Source of the DNA: Bdellovibrionales bacterium
Lineage (GTDB): Bacteria; Bdellovibrionota; Bdellovibrionia; Bdellovibrionales; JAGQZY01
Direction of reading: 5' to 3'
DNA: 64,000 bases
Assembly (NCBI GenBank): GCA_964230555.1
Contig: CAXRIX010000080.1
Coordinates: 6,044 to 70,043 of the forward strand
In this document: positions 48,635 to 58,683 of the stretch, piece by piece
Numbering within the stretch: position 1 is the stretch's first letter
Layout of the letters: every line of letters begins with the position of its first letter
Notes under the pieces: model-generated
Told to the model about the DNA's origin: nothing
The model's database searches: none
The model's input: only the letters and a program-made list of their open reading frames with translations
Position numbers and translations under genes: made by a program

Positions 48635-50210
48635 TTTTAACCTCCCAGTCGCGTGTCCATGTGACAGAGCCACTGGATTTTTTAACCAGCGACTCGCCTT
48701 TGACTGCGATTTTAGGAATTTCTAGCATTTCACAAAGAGTTTGAATGATGTCATCATTAACCAAATTGCGTCCGGATTGAAAAAGAGGCGCGGCCTCTCC
48801 CCATGTTCCAGGGTATCGACTACGAGTCGCTGAAGATTTCGACTCTTTAAGTATGTTTCCAATTAAACCTGGCTGCTTAACCATTCCAGAAATGATCATT
48901 GCCGAGGCTCCGCGAAATCCATGATCCGAACCGGCACCATTTTTCTTAGGTGTTCGACTGAATTCAGACATCACGTGTAATACCGTGTTATCAAATAAGC
49001 TTTCGGCTTTAAGTTGATTGGTCAGCTCAAGCAGGCAACTGGCAAAAGCTCTATACATCAAAGAAGTAAAAAAGACCGAGGTTACAGATCCAACAAAGTG
49101 CTGGTCAGCAGTCAGATTTCCTACATCTTTAATTCCTTGCAGAGTCACTCCGGCCGTTACAACAGAAAGACTTGAAGACAGCTTTTCTTTTAAAGCAAAT
49201 TCAGCAAAGGCAAAGGCCTGCGCCATAAGGTCAGAACGGGTTCCGGCGACAATTTTTGCATTGTATGAGCCAATCACAAAATCGTTGGCTCCGCGATCAT
49301 GTCGAAAACGCTCCTGTTTTTCTCCTATAGGATTCACAGTAGTTATCCCAGGGAAAGCGGCATTAATGTCCGCTGAGATAATTTGCTTGTACTTGTTGTA
49401 CATGGCCAGCCAGTCTCTACGGAAGGCATCAATATTTTTTTCAAACATCTCAAAAGCAGCCATTTGTTGGTCTTCGGATCCCACTGAGCTTAAGCCTCTT
49501 TTAAATGCATCTTCATCAAGAGATTCGATAACTTCTTTCATTTCAAAAGGAAGATCACTGGCTTTCGTGATTGGCCCTTGGAACGCCGAAACCAATGTCG
49601 GCACAGGATCATTTTGAGGAACTTGTACAATCGAAAGACCTTTTCGACTGCTAAAGGCTTCGGTGCCGTTGGTTCCCCGCACGCCGGAGGCTGCTATCGG
49701 CCGACTCGACCGATCAGCCACCAACCCATGAATACTCGGTTGACTGGTCACAGGACGAACCATGCGTTCGCGGTTGACTTGATGGCTATTTATCTCCATG
49801 TCGATCCCACGAATCATTAAGGTGTGATTTAAAAGATCGGCCAGTGGAGTGCCTAGTTGGGCCGAGTTCAAGCTCCAAATTGGGGGCAAATAAAGATCTT
49901 TGCCGCCAAAATTAACTTTTTTGTCTCCATGAAAAGCATGAAAAGTTGAACCCACTTTTTTGAGCTGAGTACCATACTCACCGCCGTTGAAATCTTGACC
50001 TTTATTAAATGGGTTCAAAGGTTGATCAAACATCCATCTTGGTGGAGCCCCTTGAGTTTGAATGTTAACGTAACAAAGGTCAGAAGGAACGGCCGACGCA
50101 TTGGCTAGATTTGCGCGCATGCAAGTCTCAATGAAAGCTTGCAGACCATAAAAGTAAGACGAAGACATCGCCAAATGACCCATTCCTTTTAAAAGCTTAC
50201 GACGTTTCAT
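48627..50210 (-). CDS. DUF1501-family protein with Tat-like N-terminus
   Basis: MKRRKLLKG; C-terminal DNT..V.SEFSRTP..GSDHG..G..G pattern. Confidence 0.8.
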   Translation of the reverse strand: MKRRKLLKGMGHLAMSSSYFYGLQAFIETCMRANLANASAVPSDLCYVNIQTQGAPPRWMFDQPLNPFNKGQDFNGGEYGTQLKKVGSTFHAFHGDKKVNFGGKDLYLPPIWSLNSAQLGTPLADLLNHTLMIRGIDMEINSHQVNRERMVRPVTSQPSIHGLVADRSSRPIAASGVRGTNGTEAFSSRKGLSIVQVPQNDPVPTLVSAFQGPITKASDLPFEMKEVIESLDEDAFKRGLSSVGSEDQQMAAFEMFEKNIDAFRRDWLAMYNKYKQIISADINAAFPGITTVNPIGEKQERFRHDRGANDFVIGSYNAKIVAGTRSDLMAQAFAFAEFALKEKLSSSLSVVTAGVTLQGIKDVGNLTADQHFVGSVTSVFFTSLMYRAFASCLLELTNQLKAESLFDNTVLHVMSEFSRTPKKNGAGSDHGFRGASAMIISGMVKQPGLIGNILKESKSSATRSRYPGTWGEAAPLFQSGRNLVNDDIIQTLCEMLEIPKIAVKGESLVKKSSGSVTWTRDWEVKNV

Positions 50211-51709
50211 TATTCACCTCCTTGGGTGAGTTCATAGCCTGGAAACCGCGTTTGAAAAGTGTCGGTCATCAGAATATTTTCAACCAGTTTTTTCAATGAT
50301 CCATGTTTCTGGAGATCTTTCCCCAGGGACATGATTTCCTTACGATGATTTTTATAGAAGTCTGAAGTTTCTCCGCTATTCACTGCCACGTTCACACCTG
50401 TTAGAAATCCATAGTAGCGTTGGGCGGCACAGACATAAGGATCCAATTGATTGGATATTTTATTACCGAGATCTTGTATTCCATTGACTGGAAGATTCAC
50501 TGTTTTTCCAGAAATACTGTTGTAGTAAAGCTGACCCACGGGTTGTCTCCGCAAGTAACTAAGGTCATTGTCGCTGACAACCTGTTGATTGGTTCGCACT
50601 TTAAACTGCTTTAGATAACGCAAACCCATCGGCGAATTTAAGCCGGAGTGACCCGCAGCGCGGACATTTTGAGTGAACGTATTCGGAGAGCTCAATACCA
50701 CCTGGATGTTCCGAAAGGTATCGGCAAAAGGGTCAAGACTCGCATGGCAGCGAGCACAACTTTTATCCTGCCGAAAACTAAGATCAGAATCTTTATATGT
50801 TTTTAAGAATTGATCGACTTGGTCGTCCCGCAAATTTGGCAGGCTTAAGCACAGCAGATCATACATTGAGTTGTTTGCCAGTCGACGATGCACGCGAACA
50901 CCACCGTCTAAGCGGGAGTTGGCTTCCGAGTTCATCATGATATAAGACGGAGTTCCTAATATGCCGCCCCCAAAAAACCGAGCAATGTTTTCTTTTTCTC
51001 TATCGTCGATAAGAGTCGTGAAAAACCGATCTTCGTAAGTTGGGCGGTAGTGCCCCGATCGATTGGCGATCATGCGAGCAGGCTGCCCTCTGACGCCGAC
51101 GAGCCGTCCTTGAGTGATTTTTGGGAAGTTTAAAACATCAATATTCTCGATTTCAGTACGATTGTTGCCTCCGACCAACGGACCAGAGATCGGCTGTCTT
51201 GCTGAGACGTTGAATCCATCCAAAACGTAAGCCGTGGTTGTTTCACTGCGCCGAACCCCTTGTATGGCGTCGTTTCTGCGAAAAACCGAACGATAGTGGT
51301 GTCCACCGAGCAAGGCATCGGTAATGTAAAGAGCTGGCGCTGTGAAATCAACATAGCTGTAAAGACCTCTTTCGGCTCCACCACCGCTATTACTTATTGT
51401 CGAAAACCAGGATTGATGAAAGCGCTGAAAGTTTTCCACAATCCCTTGCGCGAGTTTATCGTTTTCATTCTCTATTTTACTTAGGTTGCCATTTTTAACG
51501 AATTGAGCACGGTCGAACAAACTCATACAAGTGGTCACCGGATCTTTTTTTCCTGCAGCGACATCCTTATATTCTTGTGAATCGATATTGACCGGAAAAT
51601 TGGTTAGGCGGGCAAAACATTTTGCGTAAACTTCGGTAGGTGTTAAATCTGCCGCGTATGAAAACGGTATCCCTGCCAAAAAAGATAGAGTGGTTATTAT
51701 GAGCCTCAT
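50210..51709 (-). CDS. secreted CxxCH-containing protein (DUF1585/1588-like)
   Basis: signal peptide; GGGILGT, DLLC..P, SCARCHASLDP, C-terminal SLKKLVENIL; adjacent to DUF1501. Confidence 0.72.
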   Translation of the reverse strand: MRLIITTLSFLAGIPFSYAADLTPTEVYAKCFARLTNFPVNIDSQEYKDVAAGKKDPVTTCMSLFDRAQFVKNGNLSKIENENDKLAQGIVENFQRFHQSWFSTISNSGGGAERGLYSYVDFTAPALYITDALLGGHHYRSVFRRNDAIQGVRRSETTTAYVLDGFNVSARQPISGPLVGGNNRTEIENIDVLNFPKITQGRLVGVRGQPARMIANRSGHYRPTYEDRFFTTLIDDREKENIARFFGGGILGTPSYIMMNSEANSRLDGGVRVHRRLANNSMYDLLCLSLPNLRDDQVDQFLKTYKDSDLSFRQDKSCARCHASLDPFADTFRNIQVVLSSPNTFTQNVRAAGHSGLNSPMGLRYLKQFKVRTNQQVVSDNDLSYLRRQPVGQLYYNSISGKTVNLPVNGIQDLGNKISNQLDPYVCAAQRYYGFLTGVNVAVNSGETSDFYKNHRKEIMSLGKDLQKHGSLKKLVENILMTDTFQTRFPGYELTQGGE

Positions 51710-51787
51710 TGATCCCCTCAGTCACCACCCTGAAGATGATCTCAGTATATCAAAATGGAAGATTAAGTAAAATTGTTCTTTTCAACC

Positions 51788-51802
51788 GTCTCAGTCTGAG
51801 AT
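51788..51802. promoter_or_regulatory. palindromic motif copy (1 mismatch)
   Basis: gtctcagtctgagat in the divergent promoter region. Confidence 0.5.
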
Positions 51803-51906
51803 TTAAATTAGTTTAATTTTAACAGGTGGTTAAATAGGTCGCACCAGATCAAAATGACGAGGTGAAAAGGAGTTGCCTGACGAAGCTTTATTTTTAAAAA
51901 TAACCC

Positions 51907-53022
51907 ATGGCTCAGTTGATTTTCCTTATTTCTATCTTGTGTTCGTGTCCCCTTTTCGCAAATGTACGTGGATCGGATTTACAAAACTTTAATCCCAACC
52001 CCAACGGGTTGGGCTTTGTGACGGTCCACCCCAGCCAAACCCTTGCTCCCCTGCAATTGAATGCCAGCGCTTTTATTAATTACACCACCAACTCTTTGGC
52101 CTACTCAACCGTTTCAGGAGCACCCAACAATCAGGCTCTCTCTGAGCCGAATGATCGACTGCTTTATTCGAATCTTAATATTGCTTTGGGGCTCATGCAG
52201 GGCTGGGATCTAGGCATCGGTGCTGGATTTATCAACGCACAAGATATTGAAGACTCCAACTTTTTATTCAGCTACGGAGACACCGGCATCAATGATGTTT
52301 TACTGACATCAAAAGTCCGCGTTATAAATAACAGGGAATGGGGTTTAGCATTTGTGGTTGGAGCCGACTTCGAGCAGATTAAAAACAATCCGTTTGCCGG
52401 CGATGATGTGGGGCCTTCATTCAATTTCGAAGGAGTTGCCGACATTCAACTCACCCCCAGACTGCTTTGGGCTGTGAACCTTGGATACCGGCTTCGCAAC
52501 GAAGGAACAGCGATTCCCAACACCGGCGTCACTCCGATGTCAGACCAAATCACTTATTCTTCAGCCCTTGCTTATAAAACCTCGGACTTAGGGTCGGCTC
52601 TTATCGGAGAGCTGTTTGGAAGTTATCCAGTCGAACAATTCACTCTTCCCACGGATCGACAGCTAAGCAATTTAGAGTTTTTAGTCAGTTACCGATGGCG
52701 TGCCACAGAGGCTTTCGACCTTCATGGAGGCCTGGGCACAGAAGGCTATCATGGACTGGGCTCCCCTGACATACGCGCCTTTTTAGGTTTCAACTTTCGA
52801 TATGGATTTGCTGAAAACCGAAGCTCTTACTCCACTGAACCCATGAAAGTTTACAAACCCCATTCCCTTCCCCCTGAAAAGACATCCGTAGATTCAGCTC
52901 CTGACAGCGATCAAGATGGCGTTCCTGATCCCATTGACCAATGTCCCAATACCTGGGCGCAGAATTATGTCGACGAAAGAGGCTGTGAGACAGAAAAGCC
53001 AATATCTCCGCCCTACGAGTAA
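51907..53022 (+). CDS. outer-membrane beta-barrel protein with one thrombospondin type-3 repeat, no OmpA C-terminal domain
   Basis: signal peptide, amphipathic strands, PDIRAFLGFNF, DSDQDGVPDPIDQCPNT. Confidence 0.75.
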   Translation: MAQLIFLISILCSCPLFANVRGSDLQNFNPNPNGLGFVTVHPSQTLAPLQLNASAFINYTTNSLAYSTVSGAPNNQALSEPNDRLLYSNLNIALGLMQGWDLGIGAGFINAQDIEDSNFLFSYGDTGINDVLLTSKVRVINNREWGLAFVVGADFEQIKNNPFAGDDVGPSFNFEGVADIQLTPRLLWAVNLGYRLRNEGTAIPNTGVTPMSDQITYSSALAYKTSDLGSALIGELFGSYPVEQFTLPTDRQLSNLEFLVSYRWRATEAFDLHGGLGTEGYHGLGSPDIRAFLGFNFRYGFAENRSSYSTEPMKVYKPHSLPPEKTSVDSAPDSDQDGVPDPIDQCPNTWAQNYVDERGCETEKPISPPYE

Positions 53023-53024
53023 TA

Positions 53025-54230
53025 TTATTTGTAACCAACCACCATATATCGAGTATATTTTTCCAGCGGCAAGGCTCCAGAAAATAGGCGTTTTGTCATC
53101 GGGGTTTGTTCTCTAAACTCCGCAGTCGAATTCACACAATTGACATGCTCATCACAATCAAAGAAATCATTGGATTGTAAAAGCATTAACTGCCCCTCAG
53201 GAATCTTGTCGTACCACTCGTTAAAGTTGTCAATGTGCTCACATGAGGTGTTCACGATAATATCGGGCTTCAACTGTATATGCTCGATAAATTTAAAAGA
53301 GGTTTCTATATTGTTGTAGTCTATGGCGAATATATCTTTAGTCATCGCTTGGAACTTGGATTTATCAAAATGCCATTTGTTAATCCGTTTCGCTACCGTC
53401 TCACAACCGTCGTCGATATCAACACTAACAATACTATCAAAACCGTTTTCAAACATCAGGTAGGGAAGAACACCAAACCATCCACATAAAACAAGTCCGG
53501 TTTGTAAATCCAATTTCAATCCATTAAGGGTTTCAATCGCCCAAACCTTACTTTTCACCTGGCCTTTGGACATCGACTCGATCAGACGATCACGCCCAGG
53601 AAAGTCACCCAAGTTTTTGATATTGTTAAGAAGAGGAATCTCAAGGTTTTGGTGTAAAAAGGAATAAAGCTGATCCTCAGAATCCAGGCTTACATAATGA
53701 TCCAAGGCTTTACGAAGCTGGGCAATGGACTCATCATCATAAAGAAACTCGTAGAAATTCAGTATCTTTTTGCATTTAACAAATGGATTGGGTTCTAAAA
53801 TGATCGCCACCACATCTTTGCAAAACCAATAATCTTTATTTTCCTTCAAATCATTTAAAAGCCGTACGACAAGGTTTTTTAACGATTCATTATCTTCCAC
53901 AAGCGAAAAGTGCGAGGATATTAACCGTATGTCATCAAACATCGCCGCATAAGAGAGATGATCGATCAAAGCTAACACGGCTTCAAAAAGCTGCTTTGAA
54001 TTTTCAGCTTTAACCAGATTTTCTATAAACGGAGTGGCTGGATATTTTTTCAAAGTTTTAAGGATGACCAGTAAGTCATCGACAACTTTCGCAGCGTCTT
54101 CTTTGTGGAAAGTTAACGTTTCTAAAGCAAAACGCATTTTTGATATTAACTCTTTTTCCGGGTACATATTTTCCACACCTAAAAGAATGTGGCTTGAACG
54201 ACGGTAAGTATCAGAGACGGGCATATTCAT
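53025..54230 (-). CDS. protein with C-terminal class I SAM-methyltransferase-like domain
   Basis: SKGQVKSKVW, LCGWFGVL, IVSVDID, DIIVNTSCEH, QSND, YTRYMVVG; ~200-aa helical N-terminal domain. Confidence 0.65.
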   Translation of the reverse strand: MNMPVSDTYRRSSHILLGVENMYPEKELISKMRFALETLTFHKEDAAKVVDDLLVILKTLKKYPATPFIENLVKAENSKQLFEAVLALIDHLSYAAMFDDIRLISSHFSLVEDNESLKNLVVRLLNDLKENKDYWFCKDVVAIILEPNPFVKCKKILNFYEFLYDDESIAQLRKALDHYVSLDSEDQLYSFLHQNLEIPLLNNIKNLGDFPGRDRLIESMSKGQVKSKVWAIETLNGLKLDLQTGLVLCGWFGVLPYLMFENGFDSIVSVDIDDGCETVAKRINKWHFDKSKFQAMTKDIFAIDYNNIETSFKFIEHIQLKPDIIVNTSCEHIDNFNEWYDKIPEGQLMLLQSNDFFDCDEHVNCVNSTAEFREQTPMTKRLFSGALPLEKYTRYMVVGYK

Positions 54231-54900
54231 TGAAAAAACCTTGCAACCATTGAAAGTCGTTAATCTTGCATTGTCCGGCCTGTGGAGAGTTCGCTAAGTC
54301 GCGGGCTTGGTTGGCACCTAATCTCGCCCACTCAGAGTAGCGTATGGAAGAATCGAAATTGCACCACTGGTGAAGCCGCTCCTCGGTTTCACCTTGTTTT
54401 TGACGATGAATTAAACTTCCAGCCAATTTAAAGCATTCACGGAAAGCCCCCCGCCAAGCCTCCTCGGGGCTATTAAAGAAATAGGTTTCTGATGCGGTTT
54501 CATGGATGATTTTGTATTTTGCCGTCATAGTCGTTGCGAAATCGACAAAGTCGGAGTCCTGAGCCTGACTTAAAAGTTTTTTATTATAAATTTTAACTGC
54601 GCCATATCCATAAGTCAGTTTGGTCAGTGGATTTCGGCACCGGTAAACATAAAGGGCCTCAGGATCAAGTGGCTCTGCCGGAGGCACAAAAGTAAATTTC
54701 GGTAAAATTCGGTTGTCTCCATCGACGACAAAAAAGAATTCCGTCGAGCTCTTTGACGCAGCTTGTTTATGGGCCTTATCAATACCTTTTACTCCATGCA
54801 CGCGTCGGGCTCGTGGAAATCGTTTTTTAAGTTCCAACCAATTTTTGTCGGCATTGGATTCATCAAAAGAGATAAAAAGGATGTCGAGTTCGCTGTGCAT
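54211..54900 (-). CDS. GT-A-like glycosyltransferase-fold protein
   Basis: LFISFDE.NA, RVHGVKG..AH..AA, FFVVDGDN (DxD), YGYGAVK, AWRGAFRE. Confidence 0.65.
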   Translation of the reverse strand: MHSELDILFISFDESNADKNWLELKKRFPRARRVHGVKGIDKAHKQAASKSSTEFFFVVDGDNRILPKFTFVPPAEPLDPEALYVYRCRNPLTKLTYGYGAVKIYNKKLLSQAQDSDFVDFATTMTAKYKIIHETASETYFFNSPEEAWRGAFRECFKLAGSLIHRQKQGETEERLHQWCNFDSSIRYSEWARLGANQARDLANSPQAGQCKINDFQWLQGFFNEYARL

Positions 54901-54952
54901 TATCTGGTTTATATCCTAGATCAAATTTTATGCAAGATGCTAAGCTCAGACC

Positions 54953-56371
54953 ATGGAAAAAACAAGTTTTGACCCTTCTACTATCAGTCCAACTTTCTGC
55001 ATTCTTCCCTGGATCCATATGTCGACGCGCCCGAATGGCCATATGCGGGTTTGTTGCACGGCCAACGCCTCCTCGGCGGGTGCCACCAATGATAAAAAAT
55101 GGGGCGGAGAAGTTGGTATTGTTAAAAATGATGACGGTAAACCGGCCAACCTCAATCATACTGATCTACTGAGCGGTTGGAACAATTTGTACATGCGTTC
55201 TATTCGCAAACAAATGCTAAACGGAGAGGTTCCTCCATCATGCGCGAAATGTTTTAAAGAAGAAAGCGCCGGCCATCGATCAAAACGCAACTGGGAGACT
55301 GAGTATTGGAATCGACGAGTCGATACTCAAGCCTTGGTCAACGACACCGAAGACGATGGATCCGTTCCAGCCAAAATGTACTACGTCGATTTACGCCTCG
55401 GAACGAAATGTAACTTAAAATGTGTGATGTGTTCGCCTCACGACAGCTCTATGTGGGTTTCCGACTGGAACAAACTCTACCCACAAATTGAAAATCCAAC
55501 TCTCAAAGAACTGATGATCTGGCACAATAAAGGTAAAGTTGATGGCGCCTCTTATGATTGGCACCGTGATAATTCCGATTTTTGGAGCCAGTTGTATGAT
55601 CAGATTCCCCACATGCGGCAGCTCTACTTTGCCGGTGGCGAAAGCACCATTATTCAGGAGCACTACGACCTTTTAGAAGAGTGCATAAAAAGAGGCTACG
55701 CTAAAAAAATTGAGCTGCGCTACAATAGCAACGGTATTGAAATGCCCGAAAAGCTGTTCACATTGTGGAAAGAATTTAAACGCGTTCGCTTCCACTTCAG
55801 TATCGACAGCTACGCCGACATGAACGACTACATTCGTTTTCCTTCAAAGTGGGCTCACATTGAAAACCAGTTTCGACGCCTCGATGAAACACCCGACAAC
55901 ATCGAAGTTACGATCGCCTGTGCTGTACAAATGCTAAACATGTATTACCTGCCCGATTTTATTAAATGGAAACTTGAACAAAACTATAAAAAAATAAATC
56001 CTTGGCCTCTTGGCGCCGGACTTATTAATGTTCACTTTGTCTATCATCCCGCGCATTTGAACGTGAAAGTATTCCCTCGTTGGATGAAAAAGAAAATCCG
56101 AGACAAATACGAAGACTTCTACCTCTGGCTGAAAGAAAATTATCGCAACGATAAAGACTTTTTAGAAAGCGGCTATGGGATTAAACGCCTTCAGGGTATG
56201 GTTAGCTTTATGGAGTCAGAGGACTGGTCGCAGCGAATGCCTCAGTTTATTGAATACATCAATCGCATGGATGGTATTCGAGGAACTAATTTTAGAAAAA
56301 CATTTCCTGAAATGGCGGCACTTCTCGATGAACCCGTTGAGCAAGCCACTGCCAGTCGGCCAACACTTTAA
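54953..56371 (+). CDS. radical SAM protein, N-terminal twitch-like domain
   Basis: FCILPW..VCC..CAKC, then CNLKCVMC and FAGGE. Confidence 0.9.
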   Translation: MEKTSFDPSTISPTFCILPWIHMSTRPNGHMRVCCTANASSAGATNDKKWGGEVGIVKNDDGKPANLNHTDLLSGWNNLYMRSIRKQMLNGEVPPSCAKCFKEESAGHRSKRNWETEYWNRRVDTQALVNDTEDDGSVPAKMYYVDLRLGTKCNLKCVMCSPHDSSMWVSDWNKLYPQIENPTLKELMIWHNKGKVDGASYDWHRDNSDFWSQLYDQIPHMRQLYFAGGESTIIQEHYDLLEECIKRGYAKKIELRYNSNGIEMPEKLFTLWKEFKRVRFHFSIDSYADMNDYIRFPSKWAHIENQFRRLDETPDNIEVTIACAVQMLNMYYLPDFIKWKLEQNYKKINPWPLGAGLINVHFVYHPAHLNVKVFPRWMKKKIRDKYEDFYLWLKENYRNDKDFLESGYGIKRLQGMVSFMESEDWSQRMPQFIEYINRMDGIRGTNFRKTFPEMAALLDEPVEQATASRPTL

Positions 56372-56374
56372 TTT

Positions 56375-57478
56375 CTAAAGGCTGGCTTGGTTTTCTGTAT
56401 TACTAAACTGAGCTCTAAAGGGATCAAATTCGGTTCCGCATGTCTTCGCACAACACTTGGGACGCCCCTCTTTTATACTTTTTATGTCCCAGCTTTTCAG
56501 TAAAACATCTTGAAAGAACTCGCCGTTCACAACAGCCTCAAGGCCTCGTTCGCGGGCATTTAAATCATCAACCCCATTTTCAAGCTTTCTTAGCAGCTTC
56601 CACATATAGGATTTTTCTTTCGGAAAGTACCAGGGATAAAGTTGATTGGCTGTCCAACAACAAGGAAAAGCTCGCCCCATAGCGCTGATGTATAAACTTT
56701 TCTCTGCGGCTACTTTGCAACGAATCGGAGTTGAGTCCAAATAACTTTCAAGGCTACCATACTTTTCAATCAAAGCTTGCTCTTTAGCCAAAGCCTTATT
56801 ATGAAATTTTTCATCGATTGGCATTTCGATGTAATAATCAAGCTCGCCTTTTCGATCGTAGACCTCTTGTTTATTTTTCGAGGCCATTTTGGAATTACTG
56901 AAAAAGCGCCCAGTCTTCTTCAAATTAAATTTTTTAAAGCCCCACTCTTCAGAAAGGCGCTTGGCTTCTTCGATTTGATGCTCATTGTGACGAAATACAA
57001 TGTAATCCCAAACCGCAGTTCCACCGGCGGCTCGGTAGGCCTTAATGTTACGGACAATTGTCGGGTAATTGGTCCCCTTGCGATAGATATGGTTGGTGTC
57101 TTCCAGACCATCCACACTAAAGTGAACAAGATCAATAATTTTAGCTATCTCAGTCCACCAAGCCTCAGACTTCGCCGATCCATTGGTAAACATCTCCAAA
57201 CGCATGGACGGATTCAACTCGCGAAAATAGGCAAAAGCCTCTAGAGTGTCGTTAGCAAATAATGGATCACCGTAATTGCCACACATGTAAATTCTATCCA
57301 ACTGCTTAACAAATTCGGGCTTAAAAATTTTCTTGATATCATCCAACGACAACTCCACCAACGGTAGATTGGGGTTGTTTTCACCACCGCAAACTGTACG
57401 AAGGCACATCGGACAACGGGCGTTACACTTGGAAGTGATTTCTAAATGGACGGTCTTAACTTCGGAGTATCGGTACAT
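56375..57478 (-). CDS. radical SAM protein, C-terminal twitch domain
   Basis: CNARCPMC, CGNYGDP, FSVDGLEDTN; C..FPCC..CAKTC. Confidence 0.9.
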   Translation of the reverse strand: MYRYSEVKTVHLEITSKCNARCPMCLRTVCGGENNPNLPLVELSLDDIKKIFKPEFVKQLDRIYMCGNYGDPLFANDTLEAFAYFRELNPSMRLEMFTNGSAKSEAWWTEIAKIIDLVHFSVDGLEDTNHIYRKGTNYPTIVRNIKAYRAAGGTAVWDYIVFRHNEHQIEEAKRLSEEWGFKKFNLKKTGRFFSNSKMASKNKQEVYDRKGELDYYIEMPIDEKFHNKALAKEQALIEKYGSLESYLDSTPIRCKVAAEKSLYISAMGRAFPCCWTANQLYPWYFPKEKSYMWKLLRKLENGVDDLNARERGLEAVVNGEFFQDVLLKSWDIKSIKEGRPKCCAKTCGTEFDPFRAQFSNTENQASL

Positions 57479-58623
57479 TCTCTCTCAAAGGTTGTATCTC
57501 CCGGCCAAAGCGGTAACTTGGTTCCGGGTTTTCGTTTTGGTATTTTACTATCAGCACTGCTTACGCAACTGCCAGTTTGGCATGGCATCGGGCTATCAAA
57601 TAATTTAAATCCCGTTTCAATATTTCCCAAGGGTTGGTCGCTGCAGCTGTAGGAGCGCTTGATGTTTCCATCCGGTTCACGAATGATAATGCTGCGATAT
57701 CCAGAACTGCATTCCCAACCTTCAAAATTATTAAACTCAAAGGCATTAAATCGCTCAGCCTGGTCCATGTACCATGCCTTCCCATCCGACTCACTAAGCT
57801 CCACTTGAAACTTTGGTGGAATCGGCTCATCAGTGCTCATATCTTTAGGAAGCTTCGAGTATTTTGGCTTGGGCCGCTCGGATGTTTTACCTTGCTCACT
57901 TAAACGCACCGAGGTGTAGTCTCGCTGAGGCATTCCGTTGCGTAATTTCTGCAACATATCTTCGGTGTATCCGTCCACAACTTTCGTAGCGGTCGGATTA
58001 CTCTGTGGCTTCAAAGTGACATTGATTCCACGCTCATGAAAATAAAGCATGTCTTCCCAAATCGGTTCGAATCTCTCTGGGACCATGACCGAGTTGATAG
58101 TCACGTGGACATCGTTTTCCTGCAAAAAAACAAGTTTGTCGGCAAAACGTTCTTTGACCGCAAATTCTTTATGGTAGCTGGCTGTGATACTCACTCGGTG
58201 CAGGTTTTTTGTTGCGGCTACATACTTTTTAAACCAGCCAATTCCTGGGCTCAGATTGCTTGTCATATGAACCGACTGGAAATTAACGTTGGCAAGATCA
58301 TTGGCGTAATGCTCTAAAATTTTTAAATACCCTGGATGCAAAGTCGGTTCACCCCCACTGAATGAGAAATGAAAAGAATTAAATCCTCGCTCGCGGGCCT
58401 GCCTTTTTATCTCATCCAAAGTACTGATGACCAGCTCGGTTGAGCGATGATCTTTTTTATCTGATCGAGCATACGGCCAACAGTAGGAACACTTATAATT
58501 GCAGAAGCGCCCTAGTAGCCAGCTGACACAAAAAAGATCGCGATACAACAGGGTTCGCTGCCCCACCCGAGCCACGTCGGAAAAAGGGATTTTTCTAAAA
58601 TCATAATTGGACCAAATGCTCAT
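57442..58623 (-). CDS. radical SAM protein with C-terminal Cys-rich domain
   Basis: CNYKCSYC, FSGGEPT, ASYH; CSSG..YSC..CQTGSC. Confidence 0.9.
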   Translation of the reverse strand: MSIWSNYDFRKIPFSDVARVGQRTLLYRDLFCVSWLLGRFCNYKCSYCWPYARSDKKDHRSTELVISTLDEIKRQARERGFNSFHFSFSGGEPTLHPGYLKILEHYANDLANVNFQSVHMTSNLSPGIGWFKKYVAATKNLHRVSITASYHKEFAVKERFADKLVFLQENDVHVTINSVMVPERFEPIWEDMLYFHERGINVTLKPQSNPTATKVVDGYTEDMLQKLRNGMPQRDYTSVRLSEQGKTSERPKPKYSKLPKDMSTDEPIPPKFQVELSESDGKAWYMDQAERFNAFEFNNFEGWECSSGYRSIIIREPDGNIKRSYSCSDQPLGNIETGFKLFDSPMPCQTGSCVSSADSKIPKRKPGTKLPLWPGDTTFERECTDTPKLRPSI

Positions 58624-58683
58624 CTACCTAGGAAAATAGGACATCATAGGTAAACAATATAGGCCTTTTTTTTGCGCAGAGCT

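Noticed and set aside
57442-58623. Viperin-like antiviral radical SAM
   Set aside because: FSGGEP is generic to radical SAM enzymes; the C-terminal Cys cluster and gene context fit the local twitch-type family better.
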